A stretch of DNA of 64,000 nt from the NCBI GenBank assembly GCA_050273025.1, contig CP158636.1:10788001-10852000 (forward strand). Reading direction: 5' to 3'. Shown here one piece after another: positions 10,731-22,476 of this stretch (positions within the stretch are counted from its first letter, which is position 1; every line of letters starts with the position of its first letter). The notes below the pieces were generated by a model. That model saw nothing but the letters and a program-made list of their open reading frames with translations. It did not search any database and was not told the DNA's origin. The translations under genes and the position numbers were made by a program. The stretch is from Cenococcum geophilum (taxonomy: Eukaryota).

Positions 10731-11619
10731 GGCCGGAGGAGTTTTCTAGCTAATACGTGACCTTTGATAGATATATCTAGAACAGCACCATACTTAGAGC
10801 AAGTTAGGCATAGCATAGAATATAATACGGCTGGCTAAGCACCTGATACTTCTCTACGTAAGCGCGCTAAACTGTTTATGCCTAGACGCACTGTAACCCC
10901 CTTTAAACGGATAAATCCGGAATGCATACTTTTAAAGGTTAAATATCTATAAACGTTCAGAGCTCTCTTCGTTTATTATAAAACTATTAATCTAATACTC
11001 CGAACTTTAAAGTTTTGTAGATAGTCGTGGTATAATAGAGGTGTAGAGCGAATTTAGTTCTGGGCGCTCTAAAAAGAACGATCGATAGTATGGCTAAGAG
11101 CGTTGTATTTTTTTAGCTATATACTAGTTCCTTAGGGAGAAATATCTAGAGAATAATAATATCACAATCATAACTTAATTAAATCGTGGGGGAGAGAGTT
11201 AAGAGGTCTAAACAATGGATTCATTGCGGTATGGGGGTTTTTGCGCCACATAGGGAGGGACGTTAGCAGTTATTGGAATATAAAGGTCAGCTTAAAGCTC
11301 TAACGTGCTCAGCAAATTGCTTTTCATCCAGCTCTGGTGTCAACGACCTGGCTCTCTAACTTCTTCAATAGGGGAGAGCAAACGAGACGGCATATATGCT
11401 GGATTCTATTTTGCATTGTACCTCGACCCCACCCCCAAATCCTCCTTCTCTTTGCTGAATCCAATTGTCATATAATCTCTTCTATTGGCTTCCATCTGGA
11501 ACTCTTCCCCTCTTTCATTGCCGCATTATCCGACAATGCTACTGCCATCCAAACCCGGACAGCCATTCACTTGTAATAATACAACTTCGGAAATAAGGGG
11601 ACTGATTCCTGGTAAGGGT

Positions 11620-12943
11620 TTAATCTTGGCTGGTGGTTGGATCCCATGTGCAAGGTTCGTATACCCCAGTATCCAATGATTTCATTTCTTCCTCAGAAAG
11701 CTCGAAGTCGTAGATATCCACATTCTCCTCGATCCTAGGCTTGTGGACAGACTTAGGTAACGGGACGAAACCCTAGTAAACATGTCAGTTTAAAAGTGGA
11801 ACAAGATCTTAACTCCCGCCTTACCATTTGCAGGCTCCACCGCAGTAGGATCTGGGAAGTAGTCTTATTATACTTCTCCGCAAGAGGCATAAGAAGCGGG
11901 TCGTTGATCTTCGTGGCGCGAACCAGCGGAGAGTATGCCTACAACAGTTAATCTATTGCACAATTCAAGAAGTCAAACGAATACCTATACCTCAAGAATC
12001 ACACCCCTCTCCTTACACCAGTCCACAATGTCCTTTCTTGCAAGCCACGGGTGCAGCTCCACTTGGTTTACACTTAACACCCCACCCTTCCCCTTGCCCT
12101 CAATTTGTTCCGTCTCTTTGATATACTCTTCTAGCTCTTCCAAATGATGCACTCCATAATTCGACACACCAATCGATCTCACCTTCCCCGCCTCCACCGC
12201 ATCCGCAAGCGCCCTCCATGCCTGCAGCCTTCCCTTTCGGCCACCATACGGCGCATGGATGAGGTACAGATCGATGTAGTCGAGCCCGGTTTTCTGGAGC
12301 GTAGCATCCACATGCTTCTGCGCATTGTCGTAACCGAGCTGACCTGCCGGGATTTTCGTGGTGAAAAACAGCTGGTCGCGGGGAATGCCGGATTTCAACA
12401 TGCCCGCAGCGGAGGTCTCCTCGTTGCGGTAGCCGACGGCGGAGTCGACCTAAAAATGGCATGAGCAGCGGAGCAGAATGGAGAGATTGCGGAAATGCGT
12501 CTGCGCGTCTCACATGTCGGTAGCCCACTTTGATGCCGTGGGAGACTACTTCTTCGGCGATGTCCGCCGGGCTGGGAGCGGGTCAGTCAAGGTTGGAGAT
12601 TTTATGGACTCTGAAGGGTTTTATACGTTTGATAGACCTGGGTTGATTAGCGCCAGGTTTTATGATATTTCAACACCATTGTACATTAGATGAATGAAAC
12701 GCGATCGCCGAGAAAGGTAAACGAATAAAAGGACGACTTAAAAATAGAAGAAGGGAACATAGCGGAAACACTCACTCCGTATCCTAGAACTGGAATTTCA
12801 TATCCAGAGTTCATTCGATACTTTGTATTGATATCAAATTTCGTCATGACCGCAGCAGAAATACTGAAAGGACGTTGGAGGGGTTGCCTGAGAGTCCGCA
12901 AATGTGACTGTAAGATGCTTGTTCGAAAAACCACAGTCTTCAT
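11620..12943 (-). CDS. Aldo/keto reductase, multi-exon, including an 11-nt microexon (12627-12637)
   Basis: YRMNSGYEIPVLGYG|VYQT|PADIAEEVV..GYRH|VDSAVGYRNE, FFTTK, YIDLYLIHAP, KVRSIGVSNY, NQVELHPW, AYSPL, PLPKSV. The D-Y-K-H tetrad is present. TAA at 11620-11622. A second in-frame ATG lies at 12847. Confidence 0.92.
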
Positions 12944-13895
12944 GCTCAGGGCACTCGATAAAGATGCCCTCTTATATCTCCAGAGGTCGAAGGGTGTATT
13001 TCAAATGCGCGATTAATTATTACTGAGCTTTGCGATTGGGGCGTACGTCGCTTATGTACATCGCATTACAATCAATTGTGCACTCGGGCCAAGACTCTTC
13101 TGCCACCAATAAGATTACTTAGAATCCCTAAGGCGGTAGGGGAGAGACTGTAATGCCTTAATAATACAACGGCAGGAGCTATATAAGTCTAGAAATAACA
13201 TTAATTTAATTAAGAATTGTGGTTTACATACCCTAGAATATATAATAAGTTTTATTTGATTAATAGTTAATTGTATACGAATCTAACCTCGGAGAGTATT
13301 TGTTACAGACGTTATATTGGAAATGTCACAGCTACTAGGAGAGGAGCTGGGCGAGCTGCTAGAGGTAGCACGGGCCACGATAGACCCAGTAGAACCATAT
13401 AACGGGTGGTAGACGAGTCACATGATGTCACGAGACGAGGTACACGAGGAAAGGTGGAGAATTTACGTAATTCGAATTATTTTCCAGCAAACTCTCAAGG
13501 AAAGTTTGATAGTATCCCTTCGCCTGGTAAATTGGTCCAACAGTTATCAATAAGAGCAAAGCCAATAGAACCAATCAGATCAAGTTGAGATGCCCAATCT
13601 TCATTTTGCCAGTGCATGGATCACCGGATGGTAGGACGCTACTAGGGAAAGGGATAGTTTCGCAAGCTTGATTCACAGTGCACCGCTGAGCTTGTCGGCC
13701 GCCACGTGGTATTCGATCACGCGCATTCACGACTACCTGGATGTATCCATCGTGGAAAGCTGGAGAGGAAAGCATTCGGGACCAAAGTGATCTTTAGTCC
13801 ATAAGGGACACGAAACGATGTGAGGTGAGATAGAAGCAGACTGACGGCACAAATACGATTATGCAGGCATCATAAGATGTGTGATGTCGAATATT

Positions 13896-15096
13896 CTAAG
13901 ACTCAGGGTGTATTATTTCGTTAATCCATTTACAAACCATTCTTGAGACTGTTTCGCTATGTTTTTCGTCAACGCAAAAAGTATGGGGTATCTTATCACT
14001 GAATATTTGTGGTCTCCATGGTACTTCCCTATCGTTTTCAGGGCTTCGAGTTTTAATAATGTTATTTTGTATCTTGGGACCGACCAAACTGTCCTTTTCA
14101 AAATGTCAGATTCTATTTCCCCATGCGCTCCGCATATACATACGTTTTTCCCAAAAAAGAGAACCAGTCGCGGACTAGCCTTCCCCTCGGCGCCCCAAAC
14201 CTCTTCTCCCCATTGGTCTTCTTTGATATGTTTCATCTCCTCTCGTGCCAGATAGCTGCTGCTGTTAGCTTTGATTGAAACAAAGCGATCGGGTGGAGCT
14301 ACGCACATCGTCTGCACAATACCATGTGAACTCTTCAGAAAATCTGACGCTGCGACTGCCGCCCACGGAGGGAAAAGGAGAAACCATTTCAGGAAATTGT
14401 AGAGCAAAATCCACGGCAGAAGAAGCCCCAAAACCCATACGGTGGATCCGGCAAGAACTGCTGCGTAGGGCATACAGACGAGTGGCTATACCAAGGCATG
14501 GATTAGCAAACCCACGGAAAAGCAGGCAACATAGGTAAGGAATTCTGTACACTTACGCTCAATATCCTGCCTAGCGGTGACTTTGCGAGGTCGACAATGG
14601 TGGGGAAAAGAAGGATACCCTCTACGATCTCTAAGTTTGGCTCAGATGGCTGCTGGTTGGCATGGCGACGACGGAGCATTTCCATCACGATATACGCGCC
14701 AACCGAGTGACCGATCAGGATTGTCCTGACTGGGCGTGGAGTTGGTATATCCAACTCCTTTGCGAATTCGGAAAGCTGTGACTCGGTGTACATGATTTGG
14801 TCCTGGAGAGTGTATGGTGCCACGGATAGAGGTGTGCCTGATCCTTGAAATCCAGCGAGGTGAGCTGCACATACGCGAATCACCCTTGGGGTTGAGACAT
14901 GCGATTCTTTCAACATCGAAGCGAGCGTGGCAAGGAAGTGAGTATAGAATTTTGGCAAGCCTGGATTTCCTGGGACGAAGAAGATGAGGCATTGTTCCGG
15001 TTCTTCTGCCATATTTTCTACTTCTGGACTCGCGTCGAATTGTAAGGTATCGTGACGGCTGAAGCCGTCGTTCTCGAGTAAAGGAATGGCCTCCAT
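13896..15096 (-). CDS. Lipid droplet-associated serine hydrolase (LDAH-like alpha/beta hydrolase)
   Basis: IFFVPGNPGL..FY..FL, LIGHSVGAYI (GxSxG nucleophile), LLFPTI, C-terminal IPHTFC. The gene spans several ORF pieces separated by short introns. Confidence 0.85.
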
Positions 15097-15863
15097 CCTG
15101 GAATCTGAGGGAATTGACCTGGTTGAGAAGACGTAATAAGGCTGAGGAATGAAAAGGAGATCAAGGTGTGGGGGTGATATTTCACAAGAGTGGCTTAGCG
15201 GTTGCCGTCCCGCGAAAATAGTTTCTTGAGGTTTCGTAGTGTGTGGACCTCACAGGAAGGCGGGAGTCGCACGAACACAGTGCTTCAGTAAATGCGGGGT
15301 TTCAAGACTATTTGTGATAGTTTTCGGCGTAATTTAAGCGCCTAGACATCGATCGTAATTGGTCTATGTAAGCGCAAGTGGCTTCTTATCTGGCATCACA
15401 ATTTCGCTTACTTTTCGGCCCCATTGAAGAAAGGTGATAGAGATATCGTTTCGTTTAGCATAGTGAGGTATGTCGGAGCTATGAGCAGATTGTTAGTTTC
15501 AAGGAAGCCTGGAAATCGTTCATCAAATCTCCACCGTGGATAGACATACCGCCTCCGGAATACGCGAGTCTACAGAGACACAAGGCTGAGGAGATTTTCT
15601 GGGCGTGAATTCACTCAGGGCTGAAGATTCTATCCTTTGGAGACTTCTATTTTTAACAGAAGGCTGAGGATACCTTCTTTTCGTGAGCCTGCTGTTAACC
15701 GCCAATCGGCCAAAAAGACCGGTCCTTTTGGCAGCGCCAATTAGGACAATATATAGCCTCAAATTCCGACACCTGTGTCCTTAATCCACCATACCTCTCG
15801 CCGTTGTGCCAGGTTCATCCTTCAATTCCATTTCCTGCAGCCTTACGACTTTGCTCTAAGGAC

Positions 15864-17262
15864 ATGATGATAGTTTTTTATATTCCCAGCGGTTTCGTAC
15901 TCGTATTGTTCGCCTCTCGATGCTACGCAGCCCCCCAAAATTTGACAGTGACCCCTGAGCCCCGCCGAAGAGGCTGGGTAAGTCAACCGGATGGGCGTGG
16001 GACAATCGACATTTTATCAACGTGTCTTCTCACGATCTTTTTATGTACCTGGACTGCTATCCACCTGAATGTCCCCGGGCCGACTGACACCCACTGGGTG
16101 ATTGTCCGCCGCAAATTCCGATGGATGATACAAACTATCCTTGGACCGGAACTCGTTCTCGGATTCGCAACCGGCCAACGTGCTGAGGCTAAACGCTCAC
16201 TCGACATACTTCATGGCCTAGGATATACCAATTGGACCATTCGCCATGCCTTCTTTGCCAACATGGGAGGATTTGTGCTCGTGTCCCCAGACTTGCCTAA
16301 TTTTCCCATCAACTGCAAGCATTTGTGTTATCTGGCCACGCATGGATATATAAGCCTCCCAGACATCGAAGTTGAAGATGTATGGGACAAGAGTAAAGCG
16401 GCAGGGTTTGCCAAAGTCATAACATGCCTACAGGTTCTTTGGCTAGCGATTCAAGTCATCGGCCGCGCAGTACAGCATTTAGATATTACCACACTAGAGA
16501 TTACAACGCTAAGTTTCGTTATATGTACTTGGTGCTCGCAACTTCCTGCCACGTCAGGTCTAATTAGACATAGGTACACTCGCCATGTACTGGCAGTGGA
16601 TGGACAAGCCCCTCGATGTTGAAAGACCGATCCAAGTCCACACCACTTTTAGAATAGCGGAGATCCTTCGTCGTGCCGGCGACTCAGCTAAAACGCCCTA
16701 CCGCCAGACGCCTCTCGATTTCATCGACGACCTATCTCCTTCATGGTTAATCGATCTCCAATCACACCTTGGGTTCTCCACTTGGAGTCGCAAGAGACCA
16801 TTACGTAGGTTTAATAACGATCGTTTTCCTGTCGTCGGAGCCAGTCCTAGCTCAATCGCCTTATTCGTGGTCAATATGATATATGCGGCTATACATGTTG
16901 TAGCATGGAAGTTCGATTTCCCGACCTATCTGGAAATGTGGCTTTGGAGATCGGCGAGTGTTACTGTGATTGTAACCACATTCACCTTCTGGATGTGTGA
17001 GTCATACCAAGATGGGGTGCGGCTGGGGCGATGGGAGCGATGGTACAGGATTCTACGCAAAAAGGGAGACGTCGAGGCGAACCGGGATGGACCAAAAATA
17101 CCCTTCATCCCTACCTGGGAGATTGTCATTGTGACGCCGGTTGCTGTGCTGTACACGCTCTCCCGGACGTATTTAGTTGTCGAGTGTTTTGTCAGTCTGC
17201 GTTCGTTACCCAGTGGAGCCTTTAAGTCTGTGGAGTGGTCAGAATTGGTGCCTCATTTTTAG
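15864..17262 (+). CDS. Uncharacterised fungal multi-pass membrane protein, 2 exons
   Basis: GWVSQPDGRGTIDILSTCLLTIFLCTWTAIHLNVP, HAFFANMGGF, DKSKA..FAK, YAAIHVVAWKFDFPT..E..LWR, SLRSLP..AF..VEW are motifs of a widespread fungal membrane family. Intron 16525-16573 joins the two frames. Confidence 0.8.
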
Positions 17263-17883
17263 AGTATTAATAGCTCGGTCCAATGCTAGTCGGGTGTTAG
17301 TTAGGACGGGATATTCAGAATCTTTACGATGGAATTTGCCTAGCTCGTTCCGGGGAAATTTACAACTGACGAAGGCAAAGAGATTACGAGTGTCCAAGAC
17401 GCCGATCTCCGCATATGAGAGCGGCGAAACAAAGAGAATTGAGATGTGAGTAATGAAACAGACGATTTAGTGTTCACGAAGTGAATCCTGATACTCGCAG
17501 AAAGGAGCCCTAGGTGTGTGAGTGCCGATAGATTCTACGGATAAGATAAGGTGGGCTGTGCTGGTGCTTCGGCTTCGGTGCGAGCGCTTTCACCCCTCTT
17601 CTCATTTCCGGTCCATCTGCCGTTGTCAGCCTTCCGCCGTAGAAGATCGAGAAAGAATGGGTAGTACTTTCGCAGCCCTCACTACCATACAAATGTCTCT
17701 AGATGCAACGCGATCTCCTTACATTCACATTTCAACACCCTTGTCTGAGCTTGTGTGACTGCGTTTGCAAGGTCGATTTTGAAAATTTCCGGCCCACACC
17801 CGAAGAGAATACTCTTCTCACCATTTCTCACAAGCTCTCATTATCTCAGGGAACCGTGATCACCCAAACTCTGCCATCTGGGC

Positions 17884-17986
17884 GTGATGGAGACGAGTGC
17901 GAGGGTGCTTGGGCCGGAGCATCCTTCCACGCTAACCAGCATGACCAACCTGGCGTCGACGTACAGGAATCAAGGGCGGTGGAAGG
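17884..17986 (+). pseudogene. Orphan single TPR repeat unit of NB-ARC-TPR NLR type
   Basis: Translates as VMETSARVLGPEHPSTLTSMTNLASTYRNQGRWK. It has 8 differences in 103 nt against the reverse complement of 31019-31121 (manual count). Confidence 0.85.
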
Positions 17987-17999
17987 CAGTGATTGTATT

Positions 18000-19400
18000 G
18001 GGCTAGACTATAGTAGATTTAAGCTCAAATCTAGTCCGTCTAATTCTTTTAAATTTGGCTCGTAGAGCTCCAAGGGAATCCAATGTAAATATATACTATA
18101 AATAGTAAGCCTTAGTACGATTTTGGTGTTAATACTAAGACAGGTAGGTAAGTAAATATACTAAATCTAATGCAAAAAGAGCCTATATTACACCTAATTG
18201 AGCTTATCTACTATATTAACCTTAGTTTCAAGTAGCTCTCGTAGCCGTTTAATCTTAGTATTAGCTACCGCGAGTTCCGCTTAGGGGTTTAAGACGGTAA
18301 TTATTTTACTATTTAAGGTATTTAAAGGTCCTATAGCTACTTTGCCGGCTACTATATTTGTCGACCTGAATCAGGTTATCTTATCACCGACTCAGTCATT
18401 GACTCAATCATTGACTCGGTCATTGACTCGGTCACCTACCCCTTGTTTCCATTGCCACCCCCCCTACCCCCTTCTCGTTCTCATTTCCTACACCTTTCCT
18501 ATGTATATATAGAGGCTCTAGAGCCACCATTCAAGAGACAGAGTCATTATTCTTTTCTTACAATCGGTGCACGGACTACCGATCGATAATATTTCTTAGC
18601 ATAATAATAGGGCGTTAGGTAATTTCTAGAAAGTTCTTTTAGGAGTTCTGGTCCGTGCGGGTCCCGTTCTTCGTATTCTATTCGTTTTCTATTTATTTTC
18701 TATTCGTGTTCTAATTATATTTCTTAGGGTTCTTATTCTATTCTTTTCCGTAAATATATTTAAGTTCCTTCTTAGGAAAGAGGGTAAAAAGAGCTTTAGA
18801 TAATATTAGCGACTTAGTTAATTAAGGCACGAGCACGGCAAGGATACATATAAGCCTGCACGATTGGATTATCTATCAACGAAGATCCAAAGCTAGAGAA
18901 AAGGAAAGGGAAGGATAAGTAGCGCCGCTCGAAGTTTTATACAATCTCCTGGTCACGTGACCGCAATCCGCCGCACTTTGCCGCAATCTGCTTGTACCGT
19001 AACATATTAGATCCCGCAACAGTCACGATAGATTCGCGAGCACTGTCTGTCTTTTTGGCTATATGGCGACGTGGAGCGGGACATGTTACATAAATTAGTA
19101 TAAGAACCAATAAAGTTATACTATAATAAGAAAAGATCTCAAGGACCAGATCTAGAAGAGGGAGATAAAGTGTAGCTACTATATAAAATTTTAAAAGCCG
19201 ACGACTAAGTAAGTTGGGACGATTCGAGATTTTAGAAAAGGTTACGGACGTTATATATAAGCTGGACCTACTACTACGAATGAAGATCTACCCTGTAAGC
19301 ACGTTGCGATATTAGAACTAGCACACGGCGATCTAGAACTAGCGGTATACGAGGTAGATAAAACGAGACGCGGAAAATGTGTATAAATAGTTTTTAGCCT
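18000..19400. mobile_element. AT/TpA-rich degraded repeat or transposon relic, probably RIP-mutated
   Basis: No ORF of 60 aa or more in any frame for ~1.6 kb, abundant TA dinucleotides, and a 12-bp tandem repeat GACTC(A/G)(G/A)TCATT x4 at about 18389-18434. The family is not identifiable. Confidence 0.45.
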
Positions 19401-19739
19401 CCTATCAGATTTGGCACAGATCGAGATCTTCTGGAAGAAGCTTGAGGTGGTGCCTCATATCAATATTGCGGAAGATCATTGTGCGGGAGAGAATTGTAAA
19501 CACAGCTCGATACGAAGCGGACAGCTTGGAGAGCTTATCCGTGAGGGGGAGGATTGAAAAAAGCGAGCGGAAACATTGACAGGCTTCATATGAAAACTGC
19601 TACGCACCAAATCCAGAAGAGAATGCCATAGCTCTAGTGATGATTACGCAAAGCCCGGATTGGAATCTCACCAAATAGAAGACATAGAAGCCTACGGACT
19701 GAGAGTAGAAATAAGCAAACCATGCTGTACGCTAAAATA

Positions 19740-20928
19740 CTACTTCCCATGATCGTCTCTCCACTCTTCACCATTCCTTACTCCACTCGGGGATACATAC
19801 CCACTCACTAGCCCGGCGTCACTATCCTCATCATCCTCGAACGCAGTGGGATCTGCTAGGGGTTGAGATTCTGGATCAGAGCTAGCTGCCTTCACCCTCT
19901 GCGATCCATGTTCATGCACGTCTTCATCCGCAGATACCGAGATGCCTCTTGGTCCCCACCTACGAGCATCAGGTTTCGGCCGCGCGCCAGCCCCGTCGCC
20001 TTGGCCACCCAATACGGGAGCCTCTTCCTCGTCAAAATCTCCGCTCTTCCGCCCAACGATACGGCTGATGAGCCAACCCCGACTAAGATCATCTGAGTCT
20101 ACAACACCACCGTGTCGCAGCTTCACGCGCTGCCTTGTCCAATACACCCATGCGAAATCAATGATCAACGCTGTTTGGATGGTTCCGAAGGTCCAGGATG
20201 TGGGGTCTGTGTAGCCGGGCTCCGTGGCACCCCTGACGATCCAGTTCAAGATGTAGAGAAAGCGATAGGTGCCAAGGGTCACCAAATAGAAGGAATCAAT
20301 CACAGTCGGGACGGTAGTTTGGCGAAGAAGAAGGAGTTGTGGAACGACGCAGACAGATTCAAGTATTTCGGAAAAGGTCCAAAGAATCTATAGAGGGGAA
20401 GTGGAAGTTAGTATTAGCATCATTTTTGCGGAGCCTTGAACCATGAGCGAAGTTGGTATTCACCTTGAGGATCGTACTGGTTCCAATCATATGCTTCTTG
20501 AATATCAAAAACCAGAATGGAGTAATTATCACTGAAGCAAGGAAGCAATAAACGCCAAACTTCCACGCCTTTTCTCGTTCTCTTGTTCGCGCATAGACAC
20601 GCGTCATCAGAAGGATGATGTAGAGCGAGGACACCGTGTAGAATATTTTTAGACAGAAGTTCCATGTGTGTTCCCAGTCACTCGTAATGGGTGCTCTAAA
20701 GATATCCAAGTAGCGGGTGAGAAATACGGCAGCATAGAGGGCTTGGGTAATGAGGGAAATGCCTAGTAGCAAGGAGTTAGCTATCTGCATAAACCAAAAG
20801 GTCCTAGGGCACAGCACAGTACCTTCGGCACTCCTGTTAGAGTGTATAGACCAAATCAAAATCAACTTTGAAGTCGTATGCGAGACGTCTCCAAGAATGT
20901 GGAAGACGTTGAACGTGAAAGGTGACAT
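19740..20928 (-). CDS. ER lumen protein-retaining (KDEL/HDEL, ERD2-like) receptor family protein with acidic C-terminal extension, 3 exons
   Basis: FNVFHILGDVSH, SAEG|ISLITQALYAAVFLTRYLDIF, LWTFSEILESVCVVPQLLLL, YLVTLGTYRFLYILNWI. Confidence 0.88.
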
Positions 20929-22323
20929 GGTAAGGCTGAGAAGGGCTCAAGCTGCTTGAACGGGTAATCAGGCCGTAGCGGATCAGTAGCGCATAGCAGT
21001 GCTATTTGAGGGTCGCCTCAAAATAGGAAGAGTATTCGAAAGGTGGGATACGAGACCGATGGATTAGGTGTAATCTATAATAAGGTGTTCTTGAGCTCCC
21101 ATTACATGTTGTCGTCGTGGCTTCGCGGGTCCGTGCAAACTGGGGAACAAAGCCGCCAAGCCAGTCCAGCTGATACCGCATTACGTGGAACTCACAGCCA
21201 CCATTCTACCCACAATTAGCGGATGATGCGACGGCTTCTTAGACTCTTCTAAGATTCTTCTATAAGCTTTATAAATATCTTAAGGCTTGGAGAACAGCAT
21301 ATCGTCCGCGAAGAGATGACGATGGTATGGGATAAGGTCATTATGTGATTTGTATCACCGTCGAATTTGAAAGTCAAGTTATCAGTGGGTAATTGATTCT
21401 ATTACTTGTGCTTGCTTCTGGCCATAAGTTTCCGTATTTCAACAATTGATGAGTAACAAGACTAAAAGCATCTCGTCGTCAAGTGTTCACAACATTATGC
21501 CCATAATAACCAGAATAACGACTTGATCCCACGGGAGTATTCAGTATGTAGGCCGGTCAGTGGACGTCAACCAAACTGGGAATATGGTACTGGACTGTGG
21601 CTTTTAGGCCTGCTCGAGAGAGCCTATGCTGTCGCATCAATTCCAACCACTTCCAATGCGATTGCAGTAATGGCATTACTATTAGTTTTATTGATCCGTA
21701 CTTAGTAGATCGCACATTTCTATGACGCTGCAGCATGCTGTTAAAGAGCTTTGAGGGGAACCACACACCCATGATCAACACGTTAGTTGATTTGACTTAC
21801 ATCTTCTGTGTAGCAAATACTGAGTTTTTCTAGATCGTCCAAACTCAGTCACATAGTATTCCCTTTATTCCCTCTGCTGATGATGCCGGATGAAAGCTGT
21901 AAAGGTAAAGATGAGCATAGGAAGAACAGTCGCAACTTCGCAAATGTCTCGAAACCGTTCAACTCCACAGTGATAGGCCGGTGAACCATTCTGATATCGA
22001 TTTACAGAGGCAAGGTTACATCTTGGGTAGACAAACAGCTTCGAACCAGTCTGCCCTTCCGAGTATCGGTGGACGGTAGCCCCAAACTGCTGGAGAAAAA
22101 GTCTGGTATTTGTAGTTGCCCAGCGCAGCAACTTTGATATACTGCAGATATGCCGAAAGGCGGAAGTTTATCAGGGCTAGTCTCAAATTCCATAGTTTGT
22201 ATCCTGATAGTGAGTAGGGGGTTATACGATCTATGATTTGCCATAATTCCTCGGTACTAAGAATATATGATCCTGTGAATTAAACTAAGCAAAAAAAAAA
22301 TTTAAAGGCATGTATGTCAGCTA

Positions 22324-22476
22324 AGGAGCTGTTCGGTTGCAAGTTTTGGCTCCAGATTGGTTTGATTGTGATTCTGACGTGATCGTTCGGTTAAAGGCCC
22401 CAGAATAAGACTGGAGCTCCAGATCAACTCTATTCTAAATCCCATTCTGATCTGAACTTGCAACCGAACAACCCCT
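22324..22476. mobile_element. MITE-like element, family B (153 bp, 22-bp TIRs, TA flanks)
   Basis: TA|AGGAGCTGTTCGGTTGCAAGTT ... AACTTGCAACCGAACAACCCCT|TA. The TIRs match at 20 of 22 positions and there is no coding capacity. Confidence 0.8.

Noticed and set aside
18359..18562. Possible solo LTR (TG...CA, TATA-like core)
   Set aside because: No target-site duplication (ATATT versus ATCGG) and no second copy in the window.
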